Of a DNA stretch of 64,000 nucleotides, positions 29,548 to 44,271 are shown piece by piece. Under the pieces are notes generated by a model. That model ran no database searches. It was not told the origin of the DNA and saw only the letters and a program-made list of their open reading frames with translations. Position 1 is the stretch's first letter, and every line of letters begins with the position of its first letter. Made by a program: the position numbers and the translations under genes. Origin of the DNA: Octopus sinensis (Eukaryota); assembly GCF_006345805.1 (NCBI RefSeq), contig NC_043017.1, positions 1,488,001-1,552,000 on the forward strand, given 5' to 3'.

Positions 29548-29736
29548 TTAATTAGAGATAAAACCACTATTAGGCAAATCAAAGAGTGAAAATCATAAGC
29601 CAATACATAGAAATAAAATTAATTAATAAAATATATAAAAAATATAAATTTAAAATTCCAAATTAAAATATTTAAATTAAAGTTAAGATTTTTAAAAATC
29701 TTATAAATTTAAATATATATATATATATTATTATTA

Positions 29737-29767
<31 letters not shown>

Positions 29768-29955
29768 ATATAACTATCAAAAAGTATTAAAAGTTTAATA
29801 TAAGATAAAGATACATTTGTGTGTTTGTATTTGTCTCCCCAAACATCGCTTGACAACAGATACTGGTGACTTTAGGTCCCCGTAACTTAGCGGTTCAGCA
29901 AGATAGACCGGGGGCGATTTGATCGACTAAAGGCGGTGCTCCAGTATGGCCGCAT
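29350..29955 (+). mobile_element. Composite SINE family A with an AT-rich insert in the linker
   Basis: Near-consensus head at 29350-29507, tail at 29833-29955. Confidence 0.85.
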
Positions 29956-30249
29956 ACATTTTTTTTATTGCCTGAAATGTCACAGCAGAACATCCACAGG
30001 GAAAAGTAAACAGCAAACATTTTGGATACCTGAATAAATCCTAGCGATTCCATCGCCACTACCACTAGCGCCACCGACTCCCCCCGATGCCCCTGCCGCC
30101 ATCGCCGCCAGCAACAACAGGAACAACGGTAAGTTTATACACAAAGGCAACCGTAGGATGAATCACAATAACCATGACAACTGCAAAAAAAAAAAAAAAA
30201 AGCTGTATAACTCTCGACGAAAGGATCAACAACAAAGACTCCAACGAAT

Positions 30250-30612
30250 CTGAAGATATTGATAATGTTGATGGTGTTGGTGGCGCTTCTGGTGTTGTTG
30301 TTGCTGTTGTTGGTGGTGTTGTTGGTGGTGTTGTGGTGGTTAGTGATGATGGTGGTGATGGTAGCAGTAGTGGTGGAAATTGTGTTGGAGGTGGCGGTGG
30401 TGGTGGTGGTGGTGTTGTTAGCCGTTGGGATGATGATGATGGTGATGGTGATGGTGGTGGTGGGTAGGGACACGCTGACTCGCAGGAAAAACGCGACGAC
30501 GAGCAAAATTTCAGATGTTGAGGATAATCTTAATTCGGACAATATAAAGCTGTTGATGGTAGTGGTGGTGATGGTGTGGTGGTGGTGGTGGTGGTGGTGG
30601 AGGTGGTGGAGC

Positions 30613-30647
<35 letters not shown>

Positions 30648-30662
30648 TTGTTGGTGATGACA

Positions 30663-30693
<31 letters not shown>

Positions 30694-30938
30694 TGATGAT
30701 GATGGTGATGATATTGATAGAGATGCTGATGATGATGGTGTTTTCCATGTGATGATGATGGTGATGATGGTGTTTTCTATTTACCATAAGGTGCCCAAAT
30801 GAAGTGAGGTGCATCAGGGCAGGTTAAAATTTATGTGGCGGATTACATATGATGAGATGTGGAGGACAGAGGTAGATATCGATCGACAATGATGACGATA
30901 ATGACGATGATGATGATGATGATGAAGATGATGATGAA

Positions 30939-30975
<37 letters not shown>

Positions 30976-31150
30976 TTGATGATGATGATTGTGGTGAATA
31001 CGACGACCACAACGATGATAATGACGACGATGTTGCGTATGGTCGTGATGTTAATGTCGATGGCGTTGATGCTAAAAGCGGGGTGGTAGACGAGTATGAA
31101 CATGGTAATGATCCTTTGTCTAATTTAGATGTGACAATATTATTTTCATC

Positions 31151-31203
<53 letters not shown>

Positions 31204-31334
31204 CAACAATAATACTTATTAGACGAGTAGTCATGATGGATGTATTGGGCTTCGTATATTTGTACTCCAGTGTCATTTTGATGGCATGCACTGCTCCCTC
31301 AATAATAATAATAACAACAATAATAATAAGAAGA

Positions 31335-31374
<40 letters not shown>

Positions 31375-31620
31375 TAAAATAATAATAATAATAATATTAA
31401 CAATAATAATAATATCAATAATAATGATGATGATGATGATAATGATGATAATGATGGTGGTGGTGATGATGATGTAATGATGATGTAATGATGAAAAGCG
31501 TGATGAAGATGACGACGATGATGATGATGACGACAGCAACAACAACAACAACAAGTGTAGTATGAGTAACAACAGAACAATGAAGGGTGTATAACACATA
31601 GTAACAAAATGAATAACAAT
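30250..31620. repeat. Mosaic trinucleotide microsatellite block (GGT, GAT, GAC, AAT, AAC)
   Basis: Direct reading of the sequence. Confidence 0.95.
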
Positions 31621-31859
31621 AAGCGAAGAACAAAGGCTGTCGTCAATAACGAGGCTTGATAATGGCGGACTGTTTTCAATGATATCGCAGATTAGAAAAT
31701 AAACTGATTGGAGGCATTATTACGGCAGCTGATAAATCTCTTGATACAAATTGAGACGTATGATGACAGGGAATGGTTAGGAATGGTAGCTGTGATGGTG
31801 GTGTCGGTGGCGGTGGTGGTGGTGGATGTGGGGGTTTTGGTTTTTAAAATAATGGATAA

Positions 31860-31927
31860 TAAAGGTAATTGAGAGAGTGAAAGAGAGAACAGATGAATAT
31901 GGAAGAAAGACGATAAGATTGTAAGAA

Positions 31928-31968
<41 letters not shown>

Positions 31969-32088
31969 AAAAATACTGGAATATATGAGATATGAACAAA
32001 GATTTAGAGATACTGAGGGAAAGCGAGTTGTATTGAATGGGAAATATATAGAGAGAATGAGAGAGAAAGAATGAGAGAAATAGACAAC

Positions 32089-32127
<39 letters not shown>

Positions 32128-33200
32128 CGTCAAGGATACAGAGAAATCGTATAATGAAAAGGAGAGTGAAAGGAAAGAAAATAAAATAAAAAATGAAAAT
32201 GTACAATGTATGTGTAAGAGAGAAAGAGTGAGAGTGTATGTAAGAGGATAAAGGAGAGAGCTGATGGTCGAAGTATAGATACCTGAGGAAATGGAACGAT
32301 GAGGGGGAAAGATCGGGAGAGAGAAATAGAAGAGAGATACAGAGGAATGTGAAATGGATGAATATGAGAAATTAGAGAGAGGGAAGGAGGGAGGGAGATA
32401 CGGTGATTAAAGAAAGAGAGATACACAGAGATTCAAGAAAGGGAAGGTAGATGAGGGGGCTGAGGTACAAAAAAGGAAACAAGACTGTAATATATGAGAC
32501 ATGAACAAAGATGCAGAGAGACTGGGTGAAAGAGAGACGTATAATATGTAGAGAGAATGAGAGAGAATGAATGGGAGAAATATACAACAGAGAGAAGAGA
32601 GAGAGAGAGACTGTCGTCAAGGATACAGAGAAATCGTAAAATGAAAAGGAGAGTGAAAGGAAAGAAAATAAAATAAAAAATGAAAATGTACAATGTATGT
32701 GTAAGAGAGAAAGAGTGAGAGTGTATGTAAGAGGATAAAGGAGAGAGCTGATGGTCGAAGTATAGATACCTGAGGAAATGGAACTGGATGAGGGGGAAAG
32801 ATCGGGAGAGAGAAATAGAAGAGAGATACAGAGGAATGTGAAATGGGATGAATATGAGAAATTAGAGAGAGGGAAGGAGGGAGGGAGATACGGTGATTAA
32901 AGAAAGGAGATACACAGAGATTCAAGAAAGGGAAGGTAGATGAGGGGGCTGAGGTACAAAAAAAGGAAACAAGACTGTAATATATGAGACATGAACAAAG
33001 ATGCAGAGAGACTGGGTGAAAGAGAGACGTATAATATGTAGAGAGAATGAGAGAGAATGAATGGGAGAAATATACAACAGAGAGAGAGAGAGAGAGAGAG
33101 AGAAAGGGAGAGAGAGACTGTCGTCAAGGATACACAGAAATCGTAAAATGAAAATGAGAGTGAAAGCGAAGAAAATAAAATGAAAAATCAGAGAAAAAGA
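31860..33200. repeat. Purine-rich (GA) tandem repeat, about 490-510-bp unit, about 2.5-3 copies
   Basis: GACTGTCGTCAAGGATACA recurs at 32122, 32609 and 33116. Confidence 0.85.
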
Positions 33201-33716
33201 TTGGGGGAAGAATAGAAGGAAAGCGACACAGATAGGTACATAGATAGAGACGGAGAAGGAGAGGGAGAGAAAGGGTGAGCTGAAGAGCATGACACTTATA
33301 GGGCGAAAAAAGTGTAGGACGAGGCAGAGAAAGATAGAACAAATAGTAAAAGAAATAAAGAATAAGACACAGACGAAGAAGCAGAGGCAGAGGCAGACAG
33401 ACAGTGAAGACACAGAAAAAGATGCTATAATGGAAATAGAAAGCGAGAGAGAGAGAGAGAGCAAGATCCGAAAGGATGGGGAGACAGCGAGAAAGGATAA
33501 AGGGAAAATAAGGGAGAGAGAAAGAGGGAGAGGAATTGTGGATTGAGTATTGGAGTGGGATTGGGAGAGATGTATAATCTTTAAACATCAAACAACCAGA
33601 ATTAGGAATTAAATTTCCTATTGCTAAATTAATGCTGAATTTCACCCAAATTTTAAAGGATGATTGGATGAAAAATGCTATGAGAATATTCTATCAAACG
33701 GCAACAAACAGTGAAA

Positions 33717-34935
<1,219 letters not shown>

Positions 34936-37900
34936 GTGTGTGTGTGGTAATAAGGTGATGGCAAGTTTTGATTTGCAGATTTAACTACTAATTCTACGCT
35001 GTCGAACAAACATATAAAGCTCCCTCTTTAAAATTACCATTTACGGTAATTAGAGCTAAATTTACGTTAGGTGAGAATGAAATTGCTTCAACAGAAGGAG
35101 TTAGGAAGGAGCAGATAAATTTGTGTGCTTGTTTGTTTGTTTGCATGTATGCATGATGGTGTAGTACTGGACATAGTGGTGGTGGTTTGGTGCTTGTATT
35201 TGTAGCGATGGTGGATCTTCGACGTTCTACGACAAAGATTGATCAACTTAAGCGATCACCTGAATTTTGAGTCTCTGAATTAATCAGCGTTTAAGTGGCT
35301 GAGTATTCTGCGGACATACATCTTTACCTAGTACTCAGCTGTATTCACCTCGGCACAGTATATAGTGAGGCTGCTTTTTTTCGAATTACGAACAGCATTC
35401 AACTAGTTGTTCTCCGTACCGTTTCCATCTGCTGAATTTCACTCACAGCGTAAGGGTCTCGAATCCTACTTACGTCAATGAATCACATATACATCAAATA
35501 CCGTACATTGTCTTCTGGGAGGAGGTGATCAGCGATCGAAGAATGCCACCGCCATCAGCACCTTTACGTTAGAATTTGCCAGAACTTAAGCATTCATTTA
35601 GAATGAATAGATACGTTATTGTTTAGAGTTTTGCTACATCGTGTGTACCTTATTAGTTATTACTGAAATAGTTTCCTTCAACGAAAATACGTGACCTTTC
35701 GTTATTGATCCTAGTTTAAATATCTCATTTCTTAGAAAAATCGTGACCACATTATCCATTTGATTCAGCCCTTTCTCATTTTTTTGGACTCTCGACATTT
35801 TGTGAACCCTTGACATTTTCCGATGACATAGGAAGTTACAAATGCCGCAAGAAAGTTCTACTGCTCAGAGAAAACACTTCTCTTCTGGCACCACATTATC
35901 CAATGTGTCTGTCATTTTATTTTAGACGAAACGATTTTGAGTTTAGGAGTTTTCATTGCTATTTCTAACAAAGCAAGCGACCATGTAAATGCTACCAGTT
36001 TTCTTTTTAATTCCAGGCTTTTTTCATTTTTCAGTTATAAACTAACTATTGTCATGAATAAGAAAATATATTTCGGGGATAATGACATGCTCGCTTCTCT
36101 CCTACACGCAGTGACGTTCTTCAGCAAAGAATTTTGTCAATAAGAACGATTTATTCAGTTTCATTTTACAGTTTTATTTCATATCATAACCCAATGGAGG
36201 ATATCTATTATATGCTGGAAATTACGAGGGTAAGCTCTTCTCTGATTTATCATTTTTGTCTCTTATATTTCATGGCAAATATTTTAAGATTATTTGTCAT
36301 TGCTGTTGTTGTTTCGCTATGCCATAAGGGGTGGAAACTCGATATCGGCTATTTAAATAAACGTATCGTTTATTTGCATGGAACTTTTAAAAAATAAATA
36401 CAAAATAGGAGAGTTTTAAGTGTTACCTTCCCAATGCTCATAAATATATACACGTTCATGCTTCGTACACACACGTGTGTGTGTGTGTATGTATCTTTGT
36501 GTGCATAAATATATGTCTATAATGCAATATAATTGAATAGATATTTATAAACGCATAAATATTCACGAACAGATATCAAGCAAAGAAATGCTTCCCAGGT
36601 AGTAAGGTTTATCAATAGGGTAACTGGATGGTAGTTCTCATAATCGGTGGTGATAATTCTAAGGTACAAAAGAGTAAAAGCGTAACATTAAATTATTGTA
36701 TTATTCAGAGAAGTGGATTGCGAAATCATTCACCAAGATGTATGAAGAATCCAGCGTAAAGGGGCTTCGCCCTTGGTCCAACAGAGAAGATTGGAGAGAG
36801 ACAAAGAAGGATGTGGTGTTGTTGCTCGGATGATGGACTCATGAACAATGAAACGAGTGAAGCTATGCTGAAGTAATATGGCGAATGAGTGTGAGTATTG
36901 TGTAGGATGGAAAATGGCATGAGTGGAAGTTTCATGAGACAGAGGTAGAGATGGAGAAGGTGGGGTGAGTGACTAATAATCGGTGCTGGGAGAAAAGCGA
37001 TTGAAAAGTAAATTAGAAGAGATAAGGGACGATCGAAATATGAATGCTTTTTAACCTTCAATGACATTCTGCCCTGGCAAGCACATATCAGGATCGAAAT
37101 TAATGCAAATTCTCATAATAATTATCGTTATTAATTAGATAATGGTGGCGAGTTAGCTGAATCATATCCGACAAAATTAAAAGCAGTAATTTTTTCCGAC
37201 CCATGACTTTCCGAGTTCAAATTCTGCCGAAGTGAACTTGTCGATAACATGAAATAATAGTCAAGAACTGGACCTGATGGCATAAACTTATCTACTACCA
37301 CTAAATTTGATGGCCTAGAGACAACATTTGAAAGAATTATTATTTACGTACGTAGACATAACTAAAATTATTATTTCTGCATTTATACAACACATCAAAT
37401 TCGTATGGCATCTAGCCACGACTACTTTTTACGCCAATAGCTATGCTGTGGTGAATATCAATTATGACTGGAAAAAGGTTCACCAAAATGAAAAACGGCA
37501 TTCAAATTGTTGGTTGACGATATCTACTAATCTACTAAGCTTGCATTCGAATTGCTTTTTTTTTTCAAGGAACCCTAGAATTCGTATGGTCGGAGCTCTG
37601 TTCGGTTTCCATGAGGTTTATGAATGAGAGGCTGCGATTAAGATACCCCTATCTTCAAAATGTGTTGTCGGTCCGTTGCGGGGCTAAATTCACAGATGTT
37701 TTTGGAACCCAGATGTGGCTGTGTGGAATGGAGCAAACGGAAATGAAGTACTTATTTTTTGTTTTGTTTTTTTCAAGATTACAGCTTACTGACTAGTCCA
37801 GGAATCGAAACCTCGTCTCATTATCGTGAGTGAAATATATTAACCAGTATGCTAGGTTGACTCGTTTTCCTCTTATTACACGACTTCTAAACTGAACACA

Positions 37901-38099
37901 ATAACTGAAAGATACTTAAAACATCACAGATAACTGCACTCCGTAACATTAATTATTATTCATAACTTCCAATATATAATATTCTGTGTCTTTAGGTGTT
38001 ATCTGTGATCCATAATTATATATCATTCATTCATAAGGAATAATTTTAACTGAATTCACAAATGTATTTCTGTGTCTAATAGTCTATCATTTTGTACAG

Positions 38100-38420
38100 A
38101 GCTTCCAAGGTAGTTGAAAGAATTAACTCCCTCAATTATCTTACCCTTAACAAAAATTTTAGGTGGGGGTGCAAACAGTACCGCATACAGATTGATACAT
38201 TACAACTGTTTTATTTTTCAATTTCATGGTTAAGCTCGAATCACCACAAGCTGAGTCAAATGCAGATACAAGAGGTTGCAGACCTGTTTCAGAATGACTG
38301 ACTAATTCACAATCGTCAGTGTATAATTGTCCCCTAACGAGTGAATTAAAAACCTTCGTTTTGGATTTTCCTCTGGTCAGATTAAAAACATTCCCTTTAT
38401 GCAATAAGAATATGAAAAAA
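38100..38420 (-). mobile_element. RTE-clade LINE reverse transcriptase fragment
   Basis: GNVFNL..KTKV...QLYTDDCELVSHSETGLQPLVSAFDSAC..LT..KTVVMYQ matches the RTE/BovB-type YADD region. Confidence 0.85.
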
Positions 38421-38711
38421 AAGGATATATACATATTTACACATATATTTGGGTGGCCGTTTACTAATCATGAATTCCTTTGCTCTTTGATGGGTCATAA
38501 TGTTCATCCTGCATGGTGTCCAATAATCAACCCCCTCACCAAGCAAGTCAGATGGGGCTGCCACTTTATTCGACCATGCAACAGGTTGTACTGGATTATA
38601 TGTTGCCAGTAGCACTCAATTCCGGATGACATGTATGTACGCACACACACACACACACAAATATACACAGAGACATATATTCGTATATAAATATACATAT
38701 ACTTTATATAT

Positions 38712-38746
<35 letters not shown>

Positions 38747-39800
38747 GCATAAAATCGAAAAGATATATACATATTATGTATATATATGCAAAGAGAAATA
38801 TACATTTACATACATATATATATATATATATCATACTTATATATTTATTATATAAACAAATTTATCTATGTAACTTTTCCTCTCTCTCCCTTCCCTCTCC
38901 CCTCACTCTCTCTCTCTATATACATATATATATGCACTTTTATACAAATATACATAGATTAATAGAAGCATGTTTTAGTGTATATCCATCTATACCTTAC
39001 ACAAACATAGGCAGTATATACGTACTACCTTTCAAACTAAATCCGTTATATAGATATCTTTATCTATAATCTATACCGAAAATAGTTGATCTACGTTCCT
39101 ATAATAAGTAACACACTCACTCTGTACATGATAAGATTCGAACCATCAACAATCTTATCCGGTACTGAATAGACACTTCATCATAACAGCCACCATCTTA
39201 TTATTAAATCGGCAAACACTTACTGATACCCTTTCATAGCAGCAGAGAGGTGTGAGTTTGTGGTTATTCTATATATAATTTATAACACAATTATATTACT
39301 GCAATTTTATGATATCCACCTGATAACCAATAATTATTATTGGATATAGAGGAAGAAATAATAAATAGACGCAGAAAACACAAACTTAATAGAGACATTA
39401 GTTTTCGTTAGGTCGAAATTGGGTGCAGTGTTTATTTATGTATTTATTATTAGTATTTTACTACACTTATTATACTTATTAATATTATTGCTATTGTTGT
39501 TGATGTTATTGTTGCTTTTGTTGTTGCAGTTTTGTTTTCCCACACAAACCATAGATCTTTGTGTAATATATAACATTCTTACCTCCCAATAAAACTATAT
39601 TAAATGGCGCTAGCGTAGATAACAAGAAAATTGGGAGAAGAAAATTAAAAGACATTATAACAAAACAGCAAAAATCACACAAACAAAGAAGAACAAACGT
39701 CCATGTCGACGTCGAAATTTGTGAACGGCAATAATTCACAAAGTAATCTGCTGTTAGTATTATCTCTTTCAGGAAATTTTCTCTCCCAGATCAAATAATA

Positions 39801-39860
<60 letters not shown>

Positions 39861-40784
39861 TGATAGCAGAATATGAATAAGCGCTAACCATCTGTTGTTT
39901 ATGAGAACATGATCTATGTGCGTAGCCATTTTATGAACGATTTCATATTCACAATTCTGTGAATAAGTAGTTGGTTGTTTCCAAGTCTCTTCAAAGCTGG
40001 TTAAAGGGGAAAAAAAGTATAGTTTTCTAATAGATATTTGTGGTCGATTTGTTATCGGGGAGAACGGTATATCATTTATATATATATATATGTATGTATA
40101 TCAATGACTAAATGGTGTTGTTATAGAAATAACATGGTAAAACGTAAGGTTTGGTCGAGAGAGGGATGGACAAGTGATCGGGTCTTTTAGCTTCACAGAA
40201 AATAAATACAGGAAAATACATGGCTGTCAGTAACGTCCAAACTCCATAAATATATTCAAACATGTGACATGGATAAATATATACGTCCACTATGATATGT
40301 CGGAGTATTGTTTGGCTGTTAAATGATTTGTTACTTTGAAGATTTCGTGTTGTGGTTTTGCTGGAAGAAGAATTCAACGAGGTGTTATTCCAGTCGTTTC
40401 AGATAACTGATATTTTGCCTTTAATACGAATCTATCAGTGATTGTGATGATAAAACTGTGATATGAATTGGGTACTAGGGTAATATAATAAACAATATCA
40501 TACGTAAAGCCCCCCCCCCCACACACACACACTCACATACACATATGTAATATATTTCTCTCTCCCTCTTTCTCTCTCTGTCATTGTCCCTCTGTATCTA
40601 GCTATATATCTGTGGCTGTGTGTGTATCTGGTCGTATACATGTGCATGTGTATATAAATGGATATCATGGTATGTCTTTATATTTAGAAACAGAGACCTT
40701 TATTATGCATATCAAGGTATGTATATGTATATATACATATACACGTATGTGTGTGTATGCATATGTATGTATGTGAATATGATC

Positions 40785-41136
40785 AAAAGGGTAATAATAT
40801 AGATTACTACCAGTGGCCCGGCACAAAAGACGAATTAGTCATTAGACAAACTATTATCAATATAGAAAAATATTATTCATGTACAAATATAATTAAGGGC
40901 TCCTAAATAAGGACGCCATGTGCTAGGGACACAAAAAGGGATAATTTATCGAAAGTGAAAATCAAAAATATTTACCAATAACGATACATCCCGGACTGAT
41001 ATCAGTTTCTACCTCTTTCTAGCAAAACAGACAGAATATGTTTGCTAAGGCCGGTTTCATCAGCGAGACGCCTGAGTTACATCGAGATGCGCAGCGCTTT
41101 AGACCATGTGTTGATCTAAACAACTTGCAGATCTTA

Positions 41137-41142
<6 letters not shown>
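40785..41142 (-). mobile_element. Hammerhead-bearing non-coding element in TA/TG microsatellite
   Basis: A unique island of about 350 bp between simple repeats, containing the hammerhead at 40986-41071. The sense strand has GCCCTTAATTATAT at 40900-40887 and CCCTTTT at 40791-40785. The left boundary is uncertain. Confidence 0.6.
40986..41071 (-). ncRNA. Type I hammerhead ribozyme with extended stem II
   Basis: The minus strand reads GCGTCTCG-CTGATGA-A-ACC...TTAGCAAACA(loop)TGTTTTGCTAG...GGT-A-GAAA-CTGATATCAG-TC-CGGGATGT. Stem I is 8 bp with G.U pairs, stem III is the perfect 12-nt palindrome ACTGATATCAGT, and the cleavage triplet is GUC. Positions 10.1/11.1 are an A.A mismatch. Confidence 0.8.
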
Positions 41143-41227
<85 letters not shown>

Positions 41228-41229
41228 GA

Positions 41230-41365
41230 TACATGGACACACTAGAAGTGGATGACATATATTGATACGCTGAGGACAAACACTGGTCTCTGGAAGTCGC
41301 AGGGCATGGCAGCGATGATGACGCACATGGACTACTGGGAAGACTGTATGGAAGACTGTATGGCA
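41230..41365 (+). mobile_element. RTE/RTEX-like LINE 3' tail fragment
   Basis: TYIDTLRTNTGL....MAAMM..MDYW resembles the TYIDxLxxDTG...MxDRxxW C-terminus of RTE-group LINEs. Confidence 0.55.
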
Positions 41366-41384
41366 ATGCGAGAGTACAATGCTC

Positions 41385-42570
41385 CGATCACCACTGGTAT
41401 CACTCTCACATTACCCTCTCGCATTCCGTGCAGTCTTGCCATTTCCTCTTTCAATTCGGTGCACTTTGTTGTTTATTTTTTCAAACTCTTTCCTAACATC
41501 TTTCATGTCATTTGGTATGGTTACATCAATGATCTGACCCTATGTAACTCCCTTATACAATGTGATAATATTCGGCCGATGGTGTTCAATTACACGATCC
41601 GTCTGAAAATCATAGTCCCCAGTTCTCTGTTACTTCATATTGATATTTACGGCATAAGAGCCAATGAAGATACACGTACACTTTGCCGTGGCGGCGCTTG
41701 TATTCTTTTTGTGCAAGGCTCTCACATCCAATTACCAAGTGGGTCACATTTTCCACACTCTTTCCACAGAGTCTGCATTTCTGGGTGTCAGAAGTTTTAT
41801 AGATGTTATACTTCACTTAATTAGTAGCAAGAGCCTGGTCTTATGGAGCAATAATCAGGTTTTCGGTGGTACGCTTCAATTCACCTCCCTCACACCATGC
41901 CCACGAAGCTGTGTTATCGTTAACGTCTTGTGCATTCCTTTCAAACTGTCCATGCATTTTCATTTCAAGAAGATCTTCTTTTCTCTTCTCCTCAGCTCTT
42001 TGGTTAAACTCTTCCTCGTCCATCATTTCATCTGCATTTACATTAATATCTTTCACAACATATTGCAGCAGCTCTTCATCACTATCTATCAAATACTCGG
42101 CAAGCGTTCTCCTTTCACTCCTTATACAATGGTCTATGCTAACTAGTCCTCTGCTACCATTCTTTCTTTTCATATCCAGTCTGTTTATGTTTGCTTTAGG
42201 GTGTAGCGCCCCATAGAGCGTCATTAACTTTCTCGTCCTTCTATCCAGTGTTGATATTCCTCCTAAGTCTATTTGAGGATGGACGCACTATATCTGACCA
42301 CAGCAACTGCCCAGATATTCATTGCAGTAATCAAATATTTGTCATTCAGCTTGGATTTCAACACCATCTTCACCCTTTTTTGATACGCCTCACTGTCCTT
42401 GACTTTCATTTCTTTGTGTAGAAAGTCATCCAGCTCCAAAATCCTTAAATGTTTATATCCACTACCGTCGGCTTCTCTCCTGATTCTTCTGCAGGATGAT
42501 TTCTTCACTCTTTTCACAATATGTACTGAGTATTTGGTAATCCCAAATTCCATACTGATTTCCATACCAC
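41385..42570 (-). mobile_element. Decayed R4/Dong-like non-LTR retrotransposon, 3' part (late RT, CCHC knuckle, restriction-like endonuclease)
   Basis: Frameshifted segments include GYKHLRILE, AMNIWAVAVVRYSA, ALHPKANINRLDMKRKNGSRGLVSI, KCRLCGKSVENVTHLVIGC..LAQKEYKRRH, DYDFQTDRVIEHHRPNI..IIDVTIP and VIPVVIGAL. These are typical of RLE-clade R4/Dong/Rex6 elements. Confidence 0.9.
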
Positions 42571-43811
42571 ACTTCTGAACTGTTAAGGACTCTGGGTTAA
42601 GGATTCTATCTGTTTTTCGGATTTCCTAAACAATTTCGGGTTATCCATAAACAGCATATGGTCCAATGATGGGCGCCTTTCTTCCCACATATGGTATATT
42701 TATATCTTTCAAAAACTCATTTTTCTGGAGCATCTTTTCTTTGAAATATTCTAAAAGCTTCTTTATGAAACCTATTCTTAAGTTGATTTGACGCAATTCT
42801 TGTCTCATTGAAGCTACACCGAACTCTTTACCGAAGACAATTCCACGGGATGAAGTGAGGCTATAAGAGAAAGTTGGGACAGCTATGGACACAGTAAGGT
42901 AGGTAAATACAATTTTTTGTATATATGCATGTCTGTATGTGACGATGCCAGAATATGTAAATATTTCATACTGAGCGTTCCCACTTGAGTAGAAGCAATC
43001 GCGTACAGATACTCTGTAACGGAATTGCTGTCATCAATCTTTAAACGTGTTCTTATTATTATAAAGGTTTCGACAATATTCAGGGGTTATGTCAGCAAAC
43101 AGTCCAAGGATTATATCTTATTTCTGAGGACTATATTATCAAATTCGCTCTCCGTTTTGTTGCTTTTTCTAATAGATTAACCTACAACCCAGAAGCTAAC
43201 TTATTAATTCATTGAGTCTTGCAGGTCTGAAATCCTTTCATCAGATTAGTGAAATTTGAGATACGTTTTAATGGAATCCTGAAATATTATGATTACGGTG
43301 TCAGAAATTAAGCAAACTAAATATTACACGCAATTTATCGATCAGCAGAAATTCCATTTATAATTACGAAGAAGGACACGCCATCATATCTTTTCATTTT
43401 TATCATTAACTTCGACAGAAGATATATATTGACAAAATGTTAACGTGTTTCATATAATATGAACATGATGTAGGAGGAGAAAGTGAGATAATGAGGGTGA
43501 GTATGAGGTAGACGATAACAAAGGGAGAAAAGGAAGAGAGGCAGAAAGAGGATGTATAATTGGACGAACGTTATTGAAATGTGGGTGGTTATATGTGGAT
43601 ATATAAAATTCAGTATATATGAGGAAAGTTTATATTCGAATTGAATAAAAACTACGAGAGAAAAGCCGAGAAAATATCATATTTATATGCAATTTCCAAA
43701 GTTTGTTATAGAGAATAAATATACATTATTCATACACACACACATGCATGCATGTATATATAAATTATATCATTTAACGATATTTATACACACACACATA
43801 CACACACACAC

Positions 43812-43855
<44 letters not shown>

Positions 43856-44234
43856 ATATCTATTATTATGTGTGTCTGTGTGTATGTATCTATGTATATA
43901 TATATAATATAAACACGGTTTATTAAATAAATAAATAGGTTTTAGAAATAAATAATATATCAAATAAGTATATAATGTACGTTTCTATAGAGGTGTTTGA
44001 ATGTATGTTTATGCTGTACACACAACGTTTGTTTAAAGACAGAAACTTTAAGTCTGTCAATTCGATTAAATGCTGGCATTTCATCCACATTTACATTCGC
44101 ATGTACATATATACATACATATATATATAAAGACATATATATATATATATATATATTTAATAAACATATACATATATACATGCATATATAATATATATAC
44201 ACACGCATATATATATACATATATATATATATAC

Positions 44235-44267
<33 letters not shown>

Positions 44268-44271
<4 letters not shown>

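Noticed and set aside
30040-30140. Pro/Ala-rich exon ending at a G|GTAAGT donor
   Set aside because: The sequence looks like decayed GCC/ACC/AAC trinucleotide repeat, and there is no clear acceptor or homology.
38270-38325. CTGACGA...GAAAC-AG-GTC on the minus strand as a hammerhead
   Set aside because: It lies inside the RTE YTDD coding motif, with only 2 bp of stem I and no stable stem II or III. It is coincidental.
42641-42892. Additional R4-like segment (AVPTFSYS...ELRQI)
   Set aside because: The resemblance to the AVPVxxYS...ELxxID region is too weak to call without an alignment.
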